DNA of 64,000 nucleotides from an uncultured Acidimicrobiaceae bacterium (GCA_903919455.1 CAIXIJ010000023.1:2626-66625), one strand, 5' to 3'. Positions 35,604 through 45,757 are shown, counted from the first letter of the stretch. Numbers and translations are program-made. Notes: generated by a model not told the origin, from the letters alone.

Positions 35604-37028
35604 CTAGCCAGCGTTCTGGTCTCGCCACCAAGCATCCAACCGTTGGCGAATCTCGGTGTCGCCGAGCATGCCCTCATCCAGGCGGATCTCCAGCAGGAAG
35701 GCCAGTGCCTTGCCCACCATCGGGCCGGGACGAATGTCGAGGTGGGCCATCACTGCTGCGCCGTCGAGTTCGGGCCGAATCGAGGCCAACTCCTCCTGTT
35801 CCGCCAGCACGGCGATCCGAGCTTCCAGATCGTCCATTCGACGCGACAACTGCAGTGCCTTGCGTTCGTTGCGTGTGGTGCAGTCGCACCGGGTGAGCAC
35901 GTTGAGTTCCTGCAGCAGTGGGCCCGCATCGCGCACGTAGCGACGCACCGCCGAATCGGTCCACCCCATGGAGTACGTATGAAAGCGCAGGTGCAGGGCA
36001 ACCAGTTCGGTAACGGCCTCCACGTCGTCGTTGCTGTATCGCAACGCCTCCATGCGCTTGCGGGTCATGCGCGCCCCCACCGCATCATGGTGGTGAAAGG
36101 TGACACCCTTGCCCTTCTGGTAGCCGCGGGTTCGTGGTTTGCCCACGTCGTGGAACAACGCGGCCAGGCGCACCCGACGGAAGTCGAACGGTGCCCGACC
36201 CTCGGGTTGCTCCGACAGGGGTCGCACGTTCTCCGCCACCGCAAGGGTGTGCGTGAGCACGTCCTTGTGCTGATGGATCGGGTCCTGCTCCAGTCGCATC
36301 ATCGGCAACTCGGGCAGGAACTCGTCGGCGAGGCCGGTGTCGATGGCAAACCACAGACCCGCAGTCGGGTGCGGCAGTGTCATCAACTTGTCGAGCTCGT
36401 CGCGAATGCGTTCGGCCGACACGATGGCAAGTCGGTCGTGCATCGACCGCACGGCCTCCACCAACTCCGGAACCGGCGTGGCATTGAAGCGGGCGATGAA
36501 CCGCGCTGCCCGCAACATGCGCAGGGGGTCGTCGCTGAAACTGATCTCCGGGTCGAGTGGGGTTCGAAGGGTGCGGGTCATGAGATCGGCCGCGCCGCCA
36601 TACGGGTCCACCAAGGTGGGGGAGTCGGACGTGAGTTCCAACGCCATCGCATTGAAGGTGAAGTCGCGGCGCGACAGGTCGTGCTCCACCTGGTCGCTGA
36701 ACTCCACCTCGGGCTTGCGCGAGTCGTCGGTGTAGACCTCGGCGCGATGGGTGGTGATCTCGTAGTCGCGATCGCCCTTCTTGGCGCCGATAGTGCCGAA
36801 CCGCTCGCCCTGCGTCCAGACCGCGTCGGCCCAACCCTTCACGACCTTCTTCACTGCATCGGGGCGCGCATCGGTGGTGAAGTCGAAGTCGACCTCCGCG
36901 ATGTCGGCGCCGGCCAACAGATCGCGCACGCTGCCGCCCACGAGATACAGCCGGTGCCCTGCGTCGCGGAACCTGGCCGTGAGCGGTGCGAGTTCGTCGA
37001 GGACTGTCTGGAACCTCGGAGGGATCAC
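35604..37028 (-). CDS. cca: CCA-adding tRNA nucleotidyltransferase (PcnA/Rv3907c type, with HD domain)
   Basis: 474 aa with LYLVGGSVRDLLAG, a DFDFTTDARP head domain and a C-terminal HD region (LFHDVGKP). Its GTG start overlaps the upstream stop (GTGA). Confidence 0.9.
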   Translation of the reverse strand: MIPPRFQTVLDELAPLTARFRDAGHRLYLVGGSVRDLLAGADIAEVDFDFTTDARPDAVKKVVKGWADAVWTQGERFGTIGAKKGDRDYEITTHRAEVYTDDSRKPEVEFSDQVEHDLSRRDFTFNAMALELTSDSPTLVDPYGGAADLMTRTLRTPLDPEISFSDDPLRMLRAARFIARFNATPVPELVEAVRSMHDRLAIVSAERIRDELDKLMTLPHPTAGLWFAIDTGLADEFLPELPMMRLEQDPIHQHKDVLTHTLAVAENVRPLSEQPEGRAPFDFRRVRLAALFHDVGKPRTRGYQKGKGVTFHHHDAVGARMTRKRMEALRYSNDDVEAVTELVALHLRFHTYSMGWTDSAVRRYVRDAGPLLQELNVLTRCDCTTRNERKALQLSRRMDDLEARIAVLAEQEELASIRPELDGAAVMAHLDIRPGPMVGKALAFLLEIRLDEGMLGDTEIRQRLDAWWRDQNAG

Positions 37029-38041
37029 AGCAGCCCTTCAGCTTCCCAGTACTCGCGGATGTGATCGATAGCCGTCATGCCAGGACCACCGGATGTAGCG
37101 GACTCGATGGGCGTACCGCCAAGGCCGGCCATCTCGCGCAGCACAGTGGCTGAACTGTTCGCCAGCGCGTCGAGGTCGTACCCGCCTTCGAGCATCACCA
37201 ACCGTCGACCCTTGGGCACCAGATTCAGCACCCGGGCCGTCAACGGCGCGTAGTCGCCCGCAGCAAGCCCCAACTCGGTGATGGGGTCGTCGCGGTGGGC
37301 GTCGAAGCCGGCCGAAATGAGCACCCATGTGGGATCGAACGTTGCCACCCGAGGTGCCACGAGGTGGTCGAACGCATGCAGGTACACATCACCGGTGGCA
37401 CCCGGAGGTACCGGAATGTTCATCGTGAAGCCACGCCCTGCACCCACGCCCACCTCGTCGTGTCGGCCCGTGCCCGGGTACAGCGGCCACTGATGGATGC
37501 TGACGAACATCACACGCGGATCGTCGAAGAAGATGTCGTTGGTGCCGTTGCCGTGATGGGCGTCGTAATCGAAGATCAACACGCGCTCGCCCTGCGCGGC
37601 CAACGACGCAGCCACCACCGCCACGTTGTTCACGAAGCAGAAACCCATGCTCTCCGCGCTCGTGGCGTGATGACCAGGAGGCCGCACCGCGCAGAACGCG
37701 GCATCGCCACGACCCTCCTGCAATTGACGCACCGCAGTGAGCCCAGCGCCCGCCGACAACACCGCGGCGTTCCATGAACCAGGACTGGCATAGGTGTCGG
37801 GGTCCAGCCGACCACCGCCCATCGCGCTGATGCCTTCGATTCGGTCGAGATACCGCTCGGGATGCACGCGCTCGAGATCTTCACGCGTCGCAGGCTCGGG
37901 GTCCACCGCCACCAGGGCCTCATCGACGCCGGCTCGGCGAGCACCATCGAGGACGGCGTTCAGACGCTCCGGGCGCTCCGGGTGACGCGGCCCAGCCAGA
38001 TGGTCGAGATACGCAGCATGGGTGGCGAACAACACGGTCAC
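37025..38041 (-). CDS. Histone deacetylase-family (acetoin utilisation/acetylpolyamine amidohydrolase-like) protein
   Basis: Motifs are RPPGHHA, IFDYDAHHGNGT and EGGY. The start is chosen at GTG 38041 (VTVLFATHAAYLDH). Confidence 0.85.
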   Translation of the reverse strand: MTVLFATHAAYLDHLAGPRHPERPERLNAVLDGARRAGVDEALVAVDPEPATREDLERVHPERYLDRIEGISAMGGGRLDPDTYASPGSWNAAVLSAGAGLTAVRQLQEGRGDAAFCAVRPPGHHATSAESMGFCFVNNVAVVAASLAAQGERVLIFDYDAHHGNGTNDIFFDDPRVMFVSIHQWPLYPGTGRHDEVGVGAGRGFTMNIPVPPGATGDVYLHAFDHLVAPRVATFDPTWVLISAGFDAHRDDPITELGLAAGDYAPLTARVLNLVPKGRRLVMLEGGYDLDALANSSATVLREMAGLGGTPIESATSGGPGMTAIDHIREYWEAEGLL

Positions 38042-38152
38042 GTCGCGCACGCTAATCCGGCACCGAGGCCGATCCCACCCCGAATGATCGTCGATGGCCC
38101 TCGGGGGCACGCGCCCCTGCACGCGTGCCCGCCGGACGCTACCGTCGCGTCG

Positions 38153-38905
38153 ATGATGCATGAGGCCCACCGGCACCCCTCGGGGAACGGCACCGAGCCC
38201 ATTGCGCTACCTCCCGACGGGTTGGTGCTGCGCGGCGCCAGCAACGTAAGCCGCGTTCGCACGTGGCCGTCGCAGCCCTTCACTGCGCATCTGCTCATGT
38301 ACCAGCAGCAGCGCCCACCTACCGCTGACGAGATCGAGTCGTGGTGCGCCATGTTGGCCGGCAGAGGGTTTCGCTTCGTGCGCACCAGTGCCCTCGCCAC
38401 CGCCGCTTCGCTGCGCGTCGAGCGGGCGGGGTTTCACGTGGCCCAAGAGCTCGTGCTGCTCCAGCACGACGCGCCCGGCGATGCACCAAGCCCCGACCGG
38501 CGCACGAGCCGACTGCTCGCCGGGCACTACGCCACCGCCGCACGCGTGGACAGCGCTGCATTCGGACCCGGTTGGTCGCTCGACGGCGCGGCCATCGCCG
38601 ACACTTGTCGGGCCACGCCCCGCCACCGCGCCCGTTCCGCAGGCGACCTGCGCGCCTACGCGGTGACCGGCCGCGATGCCCGCCAGGGCTTTCTCCAGCG
38701 ACTGGCCGTGCACCCCGACCAACAGCGGCAGGGTCTTGGCCGGGCGTTGGCTCTGGACTCCCTGCGGTGGTCGGCACGGTGGCGCGCCAACCGTGTGCTC
38801 GTGAACACGCCCAACGCGAACGACGGTGCCCTTGCCTTGTACGAGTCCGTGGGGTTCCATCGGCTCTCCGACGGTCTTCGCGTGTACGAACGGTCGCTGA
38901 CATGA
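38153..38905 (+). CDS. GNAT-family N-acetyltransferase
   Basis: 250 aa with the acetyl-CoA-binding region LAVHPDQQRQGLGRAL and a C-terminal ALALYESVGF. Confidence 0.75.
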   Translation: MMHEAHRHPSGNGTEPIALPPDGLVLRGASNVSRVRTWPSQPFTAHLLMYQQQRPPTADEIESWCAMLAGRGFRFVRTSALATAASLRVERAGFHVAQELVLLQHDAPGDAPSPDRRTSRLLAGHYATAARVDSAAFGPGWSLDGAAIADTCRATPRHRARSAGDLRAYAVTGRDARQGFLQRLAVHPDQQRQGLGRALALDSLRWSARWRANRVLVNTPNANDGALALYESVGFHRLSDGLRVYERSLT

Positions 38906-41022
38906 CGCTGCGGTCGACGATGCAGCGCTACGGCGCGCGTTCCGCTGCGGTCGCCGCCTGCAGCGTGGCGGTGCTCGGGCTCGTTGCTCCAGCGGCGCGG
39001 CCGGTCCTGGCCGCAGCACCCCAGTTCGGTCTGATCAGCCAGACGTTCAACGTGGACGCCGACGGCACCGTTCGATTTCGCTTGTCGTTACCCAAGGGTG
39101 TGCGACTGCCTGCCGACTTCACCGTTGCCGTCACCGCGTTCGTTCCTGTCACCACACGCAACGCCGTGTCCGAGGCCGAGAACGGTGCCGTCGGCAGCAG
39201 CGTCGACACCGTCACCCTGCTGCCGCTTGCGGTGCCGCGGCCCGCCGCTGGCCAACTCGATCTGGCCATTCCGGTGGAAGTCACCACCAAGACCAAGGAA
39301 GCACTCCAACTCTCTGGCCCAGGGCTGTACCCGGTGGCCGTGGAACTGCAGGAGGGTTCCAACGTGCTGGCGGAATTGCACACGTTCATCCACCGTGTGC
39401 CCGCCGCCGCGGAGCGAGCCGAAGACCCATTGCTCGTGGCGGTGGCTATGAGCACGAACACGCCTGTGACGATGGACGACGACGCACTCGTGCAGATCGG
39501 TCCGGCCGAGATCCGCGAACTCACCACGCTTGCGGACTTGCTGGAAAATGCCAACGTCAGCGTGGCGGTCCGCGTGCCACCGAGTCTCCTGGCCGCGCTG
39601 CCCGACCAGGGCAAGGCTGGCGCAGAATTGGCTGCCCGTCTGGCCGCGGCGCTGGAGCGCAACGAGTTGCTGTCGTCACCGGCGCTTCCCCTCGATGCCT
39701 CGCAGGCGGCAGATGCCGGGCAGAGCGCCCTCTACACCCAATGGCTGCGCGATGGTGAGGACACGCTGGCAGCTGCCGCCGCGGTGCCGGCACAACGCAC
39801 CGTGGCGATGGTGGACCACCAACTCAGCGAGCAGGGCGGCGCATTGCTGCGCAACCTCGGTGCCCGCCTGCTACTGCTGCCTGCCGCCGTGTATGACGCC
39901 CTGCCCAACACCTTCGGCGGCTTCACCGACACCACACAACTGGTGCAGATCCAGGTTGCCGACGGCATCACGCTGGATGCCACCGTTGCCGACCGGATCG
40001 CCAGCATCCAGCTTGCCCGTGTCACCACCACACCAGCGTTGTCGGCCATTCATCAGGTGGCCGATTTGCTGGCCGCCCGACAGGAGGTGGAGGACCAGGG
40101 AGGCGACCCTCGGCGGCACTCCATCACCCTTGCCACCCCCGACCTCGCGTTGCCATCAACCACGGGCTTTGCCGCCTTCACGAAACTGCTGGCGAACACG
40201 CCGGGCCTTCAACCCACCACGCTCGACGAGCTCAGTATTCGCACCGATCAACTTCTCGGTCCTGAGGGTCCGGTGGTGGTGAACCTGCCCACGTCGGTGG
40301 ACGGTGATCTGCAGCCACGGCTCACGCTGCGCACGGCGCTGGGGTTGGAGGCCGCAAGCACCTCCAGCATGCTGCCCGACGCCGACCCACGGCTTCCGGA
40401 GTGGACTCGCCTCATCGACGTGTTGCCCACCAGTGCCCTCACCAACGATCAGGCGAACCACATCGCCGATGGGCTGCGGAGCCAGTTCGACGGGCTGAGG
40501 AAGTCGGTGTTGGTGCCCGCAGGCTTCGCCTTCAACCTCACCGGCCGCAGTGGGTCGGTGCCCGTCACATTGCGTAACGAGGCCGACATCCCATTGAAGG
40601 TGCGCGTGCGCATGACCTCGTCGAAGCTGATCTTCCCCGACGGTGACCAGACGGTGGAACTCCCACCGGAGTCGTTTCAGGAAGTGAAGATCAACATCGA
40701 GGCACGCACGAACGGCACCTCAGCCGTCACCTTGGAGGTGTTCACGCCATTGGGCGACGTGCGCCTGGCCCCCGCCGTGCCCCTCACCGCCAGCATCACG
40801 AATCTGGCCGGTGTGGGCAACCTGGTCACCGGCGCAGCACTCCTGGTGCTGCTCACCTGGTGGGTCCGTCACTTCCGTCGCAACCAACGCGGCCGCCGAG
40901 CAGCCGAAGCGGCACACCGCCACCCCGCCAGTCCCCCACCCGAGAACGACGACGCCAGCGACCCCGGCGACGCTGCCGGCCTCTCCCCCGACGCTGCAAC
41001 GAGTACCCTGCCACCTTCGTGA
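38902..41022 (+). CDS. Large exported, C-terminally anchored protein, positional equivalent of mycobacterial Rv3909 (DUF6049-like)
   Basis: 706 aa. An ATGA overlap joins it to the GNAT stop. It has a signal peptide (AAVAACSVAVLGLVAPAARPVLAAAP), a C-terminal TM (LVTGAALLVLLTWWV) and a Pro-rich tail. The family name is assigned from memory and synteny, not from a search. Confidence 0.7.
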   Translation: MTLRSTMQRYGARSAAVAACSVAVLGLVAPAARPVLAAAPQFGLISQTFNVDADGTVRFRLSLPKGVRLPADFTVAVTAFVPVTTRNAVSEAENGAVGSSVDTVTLLPLAVPRPAAGQLDLAIPVEVTTKTKEALQLSGPGLYPVAVELQEGSNVLAELHTFIHRVPAAAERAEDPLLVAVAMSTNTPVTMDDDALVQIGPAEIRELTTLADLLENANVSVAVRVPPSLLAALPDQGKAGAELAARLAAALERNELLSSPALPLDASQAADAGQSALYTQWLRDGEDTLAAAAAVPAQRTVAMVDHQLSEQGGALLRNLGARLLLLPAAVYDALPNTFGGFTDTTQLVQIQVADGITLDATVADRIASIQLARVTTTPALSAIHQVADLLAARQEVEDQGGDPRRHSITLATPDLALPSTTGFAAFTKLLANTPGLQPTTLDELSIRTDQLLGPEGPVVVNLPTSVDGDLQPRLTLRTALGLEAASTSSMLPDADPRLPEWTRLIDVLPTSALTNDQANHIADGLRSQFDGLRKSVLVPAGFAFNLTGRSGSVPVTLRNEADIPLKVRVRMTSSKLIFPDGDQTVELPPESFQEVKINIEARTNGTSAVTLEVFTPLGDVRLAPAVPLTASITNLAGVGNLVTGAALLVLLTWWVRHFRRNQRGRRAAEAAHRHPASPPPENDDASDPGDAAGLSPDAATSTLPPS

Positions 41023-41864
41023 GCACCGAACGCGTCCGCATCGTCACCGACTCCGCCTGCGACCTCCCTCAGAGCGTCGCCGATGAACTCGGCATCGAAA
41101 TCGTCCCCCTCACCATCCGCATCGACGGCATCGAGTACGTCGACCGCGCCGACCTCACGCCCGCCGAGTTCTGGGCCAAGTGCGCGCAGTCGCCCACCCT
41201 GCCAGAGACAGCGGCACCCGCACCCGGTCACTTCGAGGCCGCCTACCGCAAGTTGGCCGCCGAAGGTGCCACCAGCATCGTGAGCGTGAACCTCAGTGCC
41301 GCGCTGTCCGCCACCATGCAGTCGGCCGAACTCGCCGCTCGTTCCGTGGCGCCGGAAATCCAGGTCACCGTGGTGGACAGTCAGCAGTGCACGATGGGCC
41401 TTGGCCTGGTCGTGAGCCGCGCCGCTCAGTTGGCCCGCCAGGGCGCCTCGCACGCCGAGGCCGTGGAGCTCGCCGTCGAACTTTCCCAGCACACGAAAGT
41501 GTGGGGGGCGCTCGACACGCTGGAGAACTTGAAGAAGGGCGGCCGCATTGGAGGCGCCAAGGCGCTGTTGGCCTCGGCGCTGGCCATCAAGCCGATCATC
41601 GAGGTACGCGACGGCAAGGTGGAGCAAGGCGGCAAGCAACGCACCCGCAGCAAGGCCCTGCAGTTCGTGGTCGACAAGGTGGTCGAGGCTGCGCCAATCG
41701 AGACCCTGATGGTGATGCACGCCGACTGCACCGACGTCGACGCGTTCGTCGCGATGCTGCGCCCGCATCACTCCGGCGAGATCATCGTCAGCGACATCGG
41801 CCCTGTGGTGGGCAGCCACGCCGGGCACGGCACCATCGGCGTGGCGTTCAACACGCCAGCCTGA
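41019..41864 (+). CDS. DegV-family fatty-acid-binding protein
   Basis: 281 aa from the GTG that overlaps the upstream stop (GTGA). Contains RIVTDSACDLP...IVPLTIRIDG...SGTMQSA-like segments. Confidence 0.85.
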   Translation: MSTERVRIVTDSACDLPQSVADELGIEIVPLTIRIDGIEYVDRADLTPAEFWAKCAQSPTLPETAAPAPGHFEAAYRKLAAEGATSIVSVNLSAALSATMQSAELAARSVAPEIQVTVVDSQQCTMGLGLVVSRAAQLARQGASHAEAVELAVELSQHTKVWGALDTLENLKKGGRIGGAKALLASALAIKPIIEVRDGKVEQGGKQRTRSKALQFVVDKVVEAAPIETLMVMHADCTDVDAFVAMLRPHHSGEIIVSDIGPVVGSHAGHGTIGVAFNTPA

Positions 41865-41930
41865 CTCTCCAACAACCTGGCTCATTGCCCGGAATCTGGG
41901 CGCTCACGCCACTAGTGTCCACACGCGGAC

Positions 41931-43709
41931 ATGTCTGCCACGATTCCTGGCGCGAGCCCCGCCTCGCTGCCCCCCGCCATACTCGCCCAGCGCTACCGGC
42001 TGGAGCGTCGACTCGCGCAAGGAGGCATGGCGGAAGTCTGGATCGCGACCGACCTCTCGCTCACCCGTCAGGTGGCCGTGAAGTTGCTGAAGCCGAACCT
42101 CGCCGCCGACCCGGTGGTGGCCGAACGGTTCCGCCGAGAGGCCATCTCCGTGGCCCAACTCAGTCACCCGAACATCGTCGCGGTCTACGACGCGATCGAG
42201 GAGAACATCGGGGGCGACAAGCGTCAGGCCGTGGTGATGCAGTTGGTGAACGGCAAGAGTCTGCGTCAACTGCTCGACGAGCAGAAGCGCCTCAGCCCCG
42301 ACCTCACCATGCACATTGGCGCCTGCGTGGCATCGGCACTCGATGCCGCACACCACGCCAATCTGGTGCACCGCGACGTGAAGCCGGGCAACATCCTCAT
42401 CACCCCCGACGGACGCGTGCTGCTCACCGATTTCGGTATTGCCAAGGGCCTCACGGGCACGACCGACGACGACCTCACCAGCCCCAACGTGATGATGGGC
42501 ACGGCGAAGTACCTCTCTCCGGAGCAGGTCCGTGGCCGCAAACTCGATGGGCGCGCCGACCTCTATTCGCTCGGGTTGGTGCTGTACGAATGCCTGGCCG
42601 GCCGAGTGCCGTTCCTCGGCGAGACCGACGCCGACACCGCGCTGGCTCGACTGAACCGCGACCCAACCGATCTCGCCCGATTGCGGCCGACACTGCCGAA
42701 CGGCCTCGCGCCGCTCATCCACAAGCTGCTCGCCCGCAAGCCCGACGACCGCTACGACAGCGGCGCTGAAGTGCGTGGCGAACTGCAGCGCATCGCCGCG
42801 CAACCCAAGACCGACTGGGACACCAGCCGCGACGTCACCCGCCACGGCGCGCCAGCCAGCCAGGTCGTCACCACCGTGATGCCCACCACGGTGAGCGCAG
42901 GCACCACGCAGCAGCAGGCTGTCACCAACCGCAACGACACGCCGCGCTCCGGTGGCAACACCAGCAACACCGGCAGCCAGGGCATCGTGAAGTCCGGCCG
43001 TCCTGCTGGCCAGGCCACCCGAGCCGATCGCACCCCCACCTCGCCCGTGCGACCCCGACAGCAGCCGAACCGGAAGTTCGAACAGCGCACCGGCCCGTCG
43101 ATGGCGCTCATCGGCATCCTGCTCGCCGCCGCCTTCGTGGTGGGGCTCATTCTCTGGGTCACCATGGGCGACAACGCCACCCCCTCCTCGGGTTCACCTA
43201 TTCCTGCCACCACCGTCGTGCCGGGCGCGTCCACCGCCTCCAGCAGCACGCCCGTGGCTACCGGCGGCAGCATTGTGGCCGTCTCCTCATTCGACCCCGA
43301 TGGCAACGACAAGGTGGAGAACGACGCGCAGTCGGCGCTGGCTATCGACGGCAATCCGAACACCGCGTGGCAGACGGTGTGTTACAGCGATCGCTATCTC
43401 GGCGGTAAGCGCGGCGTCGGCCTCATCGCCGATCTCGGTGGCGACCACACCGGCACCCTCACCGTGCAGATCGGTAGTGCCCCGAACCACGTGCGTGTGT
43501 ACAGCGCCACGGGCGACGCAGCGCCGACCAGTTTCGAAGGGTGGGGTCAGCCGATCGACAGCGCCCACAGCGATGCACAGGAGACCGTCTCGTTCCAGGT
43601 GTCGCAGGCCAGCCACTACCTGCTGGTGTCGTTCGTGGAACTCGGTACGGACAACAACTGCAGCAGCAACCCCTACCGCGGCAGCATCCGCGAGCTCACG
43701 TTCGGCTGA
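41931..43709 (+). CDS. Transmembrane Ser/Thr protein kinase with extracellular discoidin/carbohydrate-binding-like domain
   Basis: 592 aa with kinase motifs AVKLLK, HRDVKPGNILI, DFGIAK and YLSPEQ. A Pro/Thr-rich linker leads to the TM LIGILLAAAFVVGLILWV. The C-terminal roughly 170 aa contain ALAIDGNPNTAWQT. Confidence 0.9.
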   Translation: MSATIPGASPASLPPAILAQRYRLERRLAQGGMAEVWIATDLSLTRQVAVKLLKPNLAADPVVAERFRREAISVAQLSHPNIVAVYDAIEENIGGDKRQAVVMQLVNGKSLRQLLDEQKRLSPDLTMHIGACVASALDAAHHANLVHRDVKPGNILITPDGRVLLTDFGIAKGLTGTTDDDLTSPNVMMGTAKYLSPEQVRGRKLDGRADLYSLGLVLYECLAGRVPFLGETDADTALARLNRDPTDLARLRPTLPNGLAPLIHKLLARKPDDRYDSGAEVRGELQRIAAQPKTDWDTSRDVTRHGAPASQVVTTVMPTTVSAGTTQQQAVTNRNDTPRSGGNTSNTGSQGIVKSGRPAGQATRADRTPTSPVRPRQQPNRKFEQRTGPSMALIGILLAAAFVVGLILWVTMGDNATPSSGSPIPATTVVPGASTASSSTPVATGGSIVAVSSFDPDGNDKVENDAQSALAIDGNPNTAWQTVCYSDRYLGGKRGVGLIADLGGDHTGTLTVQIGSAPNHVRVYSATGDAAPTSFEGWGQPIDSAHSDAQETVSFQVSQASHYLLVSFVELGTDNNCSSNPYRGSIRELTFG

Positions 43710-43711
43710 GT

Positions 43712-44317
43712 GTGCGCGAACCGCTCGACGATCACGCCCTGGTAGCCGCCGCTCAGGCCGGTGATCGCGCCGCGCTCGAGCAGTTGTTGCGCAATCACCA
43801 CGACCGCATCCACGGGGTGTGCTGGCGCATCACGGGCAACGAAGCCGACGCTGCCGACGCCACCCAGGAAGCCCTCATCGCTGTGGTGCGCGGCCTGCAC
43901 CGCTTTGATGGGCGATCCGCATTCAGCACGTGGGTCTACCGAGTCGCCACCAACGCCAGCCTCGATGAATTGCGCCGACGGAAGCGGCGCCCGCTCTCTG
44001 TCGTCCGCGACGACGATCGCGTCGACCACGAGCACTCCGACCCCGAATCCGAGCAGCCCTTCGACCGAATTGCCGATCGCGACGAGGTGGAAGCCGCCTT
44101 GCTCGATGTGCCCGACGACTTCCGCATTCCCGTAGTGCTGCGCGATGTGGCCGACCTCGACTACGCCGAGATCGCCGAGACGCTCGGCGTGCCGGTGGGC
44201 ACCGTGAAGAGCCGCATTGCCCGAGGTCGAGGCATGCTCGGCGCAGCCCTCGCCCGACGATCACAGGACCCTGGGAACCAGATGGGCCACCCGCAACGTC
44301 CAACCGAGGCATCATGA
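43712..44317 (+). CDS. ECF (sigma-70 group 4) RNA polymerase sigma factor, SigM-position
   Basis: Region 2 is ATQEALIAVVRGLHRFDGRSAFSTWVYRVATN and region 4 is DLDYAEIAETLGVPVGTVKSRIARGR. The GTG start lies 2 nt after the kinase stop and is uncertain. Confidence 0.85.
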   Translation: MREPLDDHALVAAAQAGDRAALEQLLRNHHDRIHGVCWRITGNEADAADATQEALIAVVRGLHRFDGRSAFSTWVYRVATNASLDELRRRKRRPLSVVRDDDRVDHEHSDPESEQPFDRIADRDEVEAALLDVPDDFRIPVVLRDVADLDYAEIAETLGVPVGTVKSRIARGRGMLGAALARRSQDPGNQMGHPQRPTEAS

Positions 44318-45105
44318 CCGACGAGACCCTCTCCCCCGACCACGAGCTGGCGAACGCCTATCTCGACGGTCACGCCGACGCCCAAGAACGGGCGCGCGTA
44401 GAGGCATCGCCGGAACTGCTCGCCCTTGTTGCCTTCTACCAGGCACTTCGCGTCCGAGTGGGCGCCGTACCACCCCCATCGGCCGCCGCTCGCGAGGCAT
44501 CCATTCAGGCCGCGTTAGCAGCCGTTCCACTGGTGGCTCCGCCGCCCAACGTGGTCCCCCTGGGTCGGCGCCGCTGGTCCACCGCACTCACGGCGGCTGC
44601 AGCGGTGGTGCTGCTCGGCGTGGCCGGTGTCGCAGTGTCGAGGGCCATCGGCGGCTCGGATTCCGTGTCGACGGCGGGCGATTCACTCGCCGCTCAAGAG
44701 GCCATCGGCGGCAAGGTCTCCCCCGATACTGCCGCCGACATCGCCGCGAACGGCGTGGCGTCCAGTGAAACCAATCCCGGCGACATCAACCCGGCGGCCA
44801 GCGAGACCACCGCTGGCGCCACGGCGGTCACCGCCTCCCCCACGGAGATTTCGTCCATCGATGGGGGCGCCTCAGGCGTTCCTGCGCTCTATACGCCGGC
44901 CGAAGTGCGCTCGCTGCCTATGCCCGACGTTGCTGTGGTGCCGAACATTGTGTTCGACTGCCCCCTGTCCTCCACGCAGGTCATCGAGGCGGAGATCACC
45001 TGGCAAGGCCAGTCCGCCGTGGCGGTGCGCGATACCGTCAGCGGCGTGATCACCGTCCTCTCGCCCGACTGCGCCGAACTCGTGTCGGTGCAGCCACTGC
45101 CGTAG
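44314..45105 (+). CDS. Membrane anti-sigma factor (single TM)
   Basis: An ATGA overlap joins it to the sigma gene. The N-terminal anti-sigma helix is ELANAYLDGHAD and the TM is ALTAAAAVVLLGVAGVAV. Confidence 0.7.
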   Translation: MTDETLSPDHELANAYLDGHADAQERARVEASPELLALVAFYQALRVRVGAVPPPSAAAREASIQAALAAVPLVAPPPNVVPLGRRRWSTALTAAAAVVLLGVAGVAVSRAIGGSDSVSTAGDSLAAQEAIGGKVSPDTAADIAANGVASSETNPGDINPAASETTAGATAVTASPTEISSIDGGASGVPALYTPAEVRSLPMPDVAVVPNIVFDCPLSSTQVIEAEITWQGQSAVAVRDTVSGVITVLSPDCAELVSVQPLP

Positions 45106-45110
45106 CGCCC

Positions 45111-45734
45111 GTGCAGGCAGCACTCTTGGTCGCCACTGCAGTGGCGGCACTCATCAACTGGTGGTCGCGGTTCTCGAACAACGACCGAGTGGAAACGTGG
45201 TCGAAGCCGCTCACCACCCTCCTCGTCATCGGCGTGGCGCTCGTGAGCGGAGCGCCCACCAACCAGCTCGTCGTGGCCCTCGTCGCCCTCACGCTGTGCC
45301 TGCTGGGCGACGTGCTGCTGATGCCGGCGGTCGACAACTTCGTCGGCGGTCTGGCTGCATTCCTGTTCGGGCACGTCGCGTTTGTGGTGCTGTTCTTCCA
45401 ATACGGATTGGAGAAGGTCTCGCTGGCCGGGCTGGCCATCGTGGTGGTGGCGTTGCTCGGAGCCGGTCCCGGCCGAGTGATCGTGCAGGGCGCGGCACAT
45501 GCCGACGCCAAGCTCCGCATCCCGGTACTCGCGTACCTTCTGGTCATCTCCACCATGGCGGTGGTCGGGTGGTCGACGGCCAACCCATGGGTCATCGCCG
45601 GCACCACACTCTTCGTGGTGTCCGACAGCGTGCTGGGCTGGCGACAGTTCGTCGGGCAGCGCTCGTGGATGGGCCCCGCCGTGATGATCACGTACCACGG
45701 TGCCATTGCCTGCCTCGCACTCAGCCTCTGGTAG
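45111..45734 (+). CDS. YhhN-family (lysoplasmalogenase-like) membrane protein
   Basis: 207 aa and polytopic, with KPLTTLLVIG..., LLGDVLLM and FLFGHVAF segments. Confidence 0.75.
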   Translation: MQAALLVATAVAALINWWSRFSNNDRVETWSKPLTTLLVIGVALVSGAPTNQLVVALVALTLCLLGDVLLMPAVDNFVGGLAAFLFGHVAFVVLFFQYGLEKVSLAGLAIVVVALLGAGPGRVIVQGAAHADAKLRIPVLAYLLVISTMAVVGWSTANPWVIAGTTLFVVSDSVLGWRQFVGQRSWMGPAVMITYHGAIACLALSLW

Positions 45735-45757
45735 TCGGCACGGGTAGGCTCGCGCCC

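Noticed and set aside
34046-35677. A 543-aa minus-strand ORF spanning the GGCT-like gene, the DUF5318 region and the methyltransferase antisense
   Set aside because: Only its C-terminal ~134 aa have GGCT motifs. The rest overlaps better-supported genes (DUF5318-like in another frame, methyltransferase on the opposite strand).
41915-41923. Isolated DnaA-box-like 9-mers: GTGTCCACA upstream of the kinase gene and ATGTCCACA at 26129-26137 over the pentapeptide gene start
   Set aside because: These are single one-mismatch hits with no clustering, and such matches are expected by chance in 64 kb. Only the clustered sites (dnaB spacer, dnaA promoter, oriC, cwlM/parB spacer) were reported.
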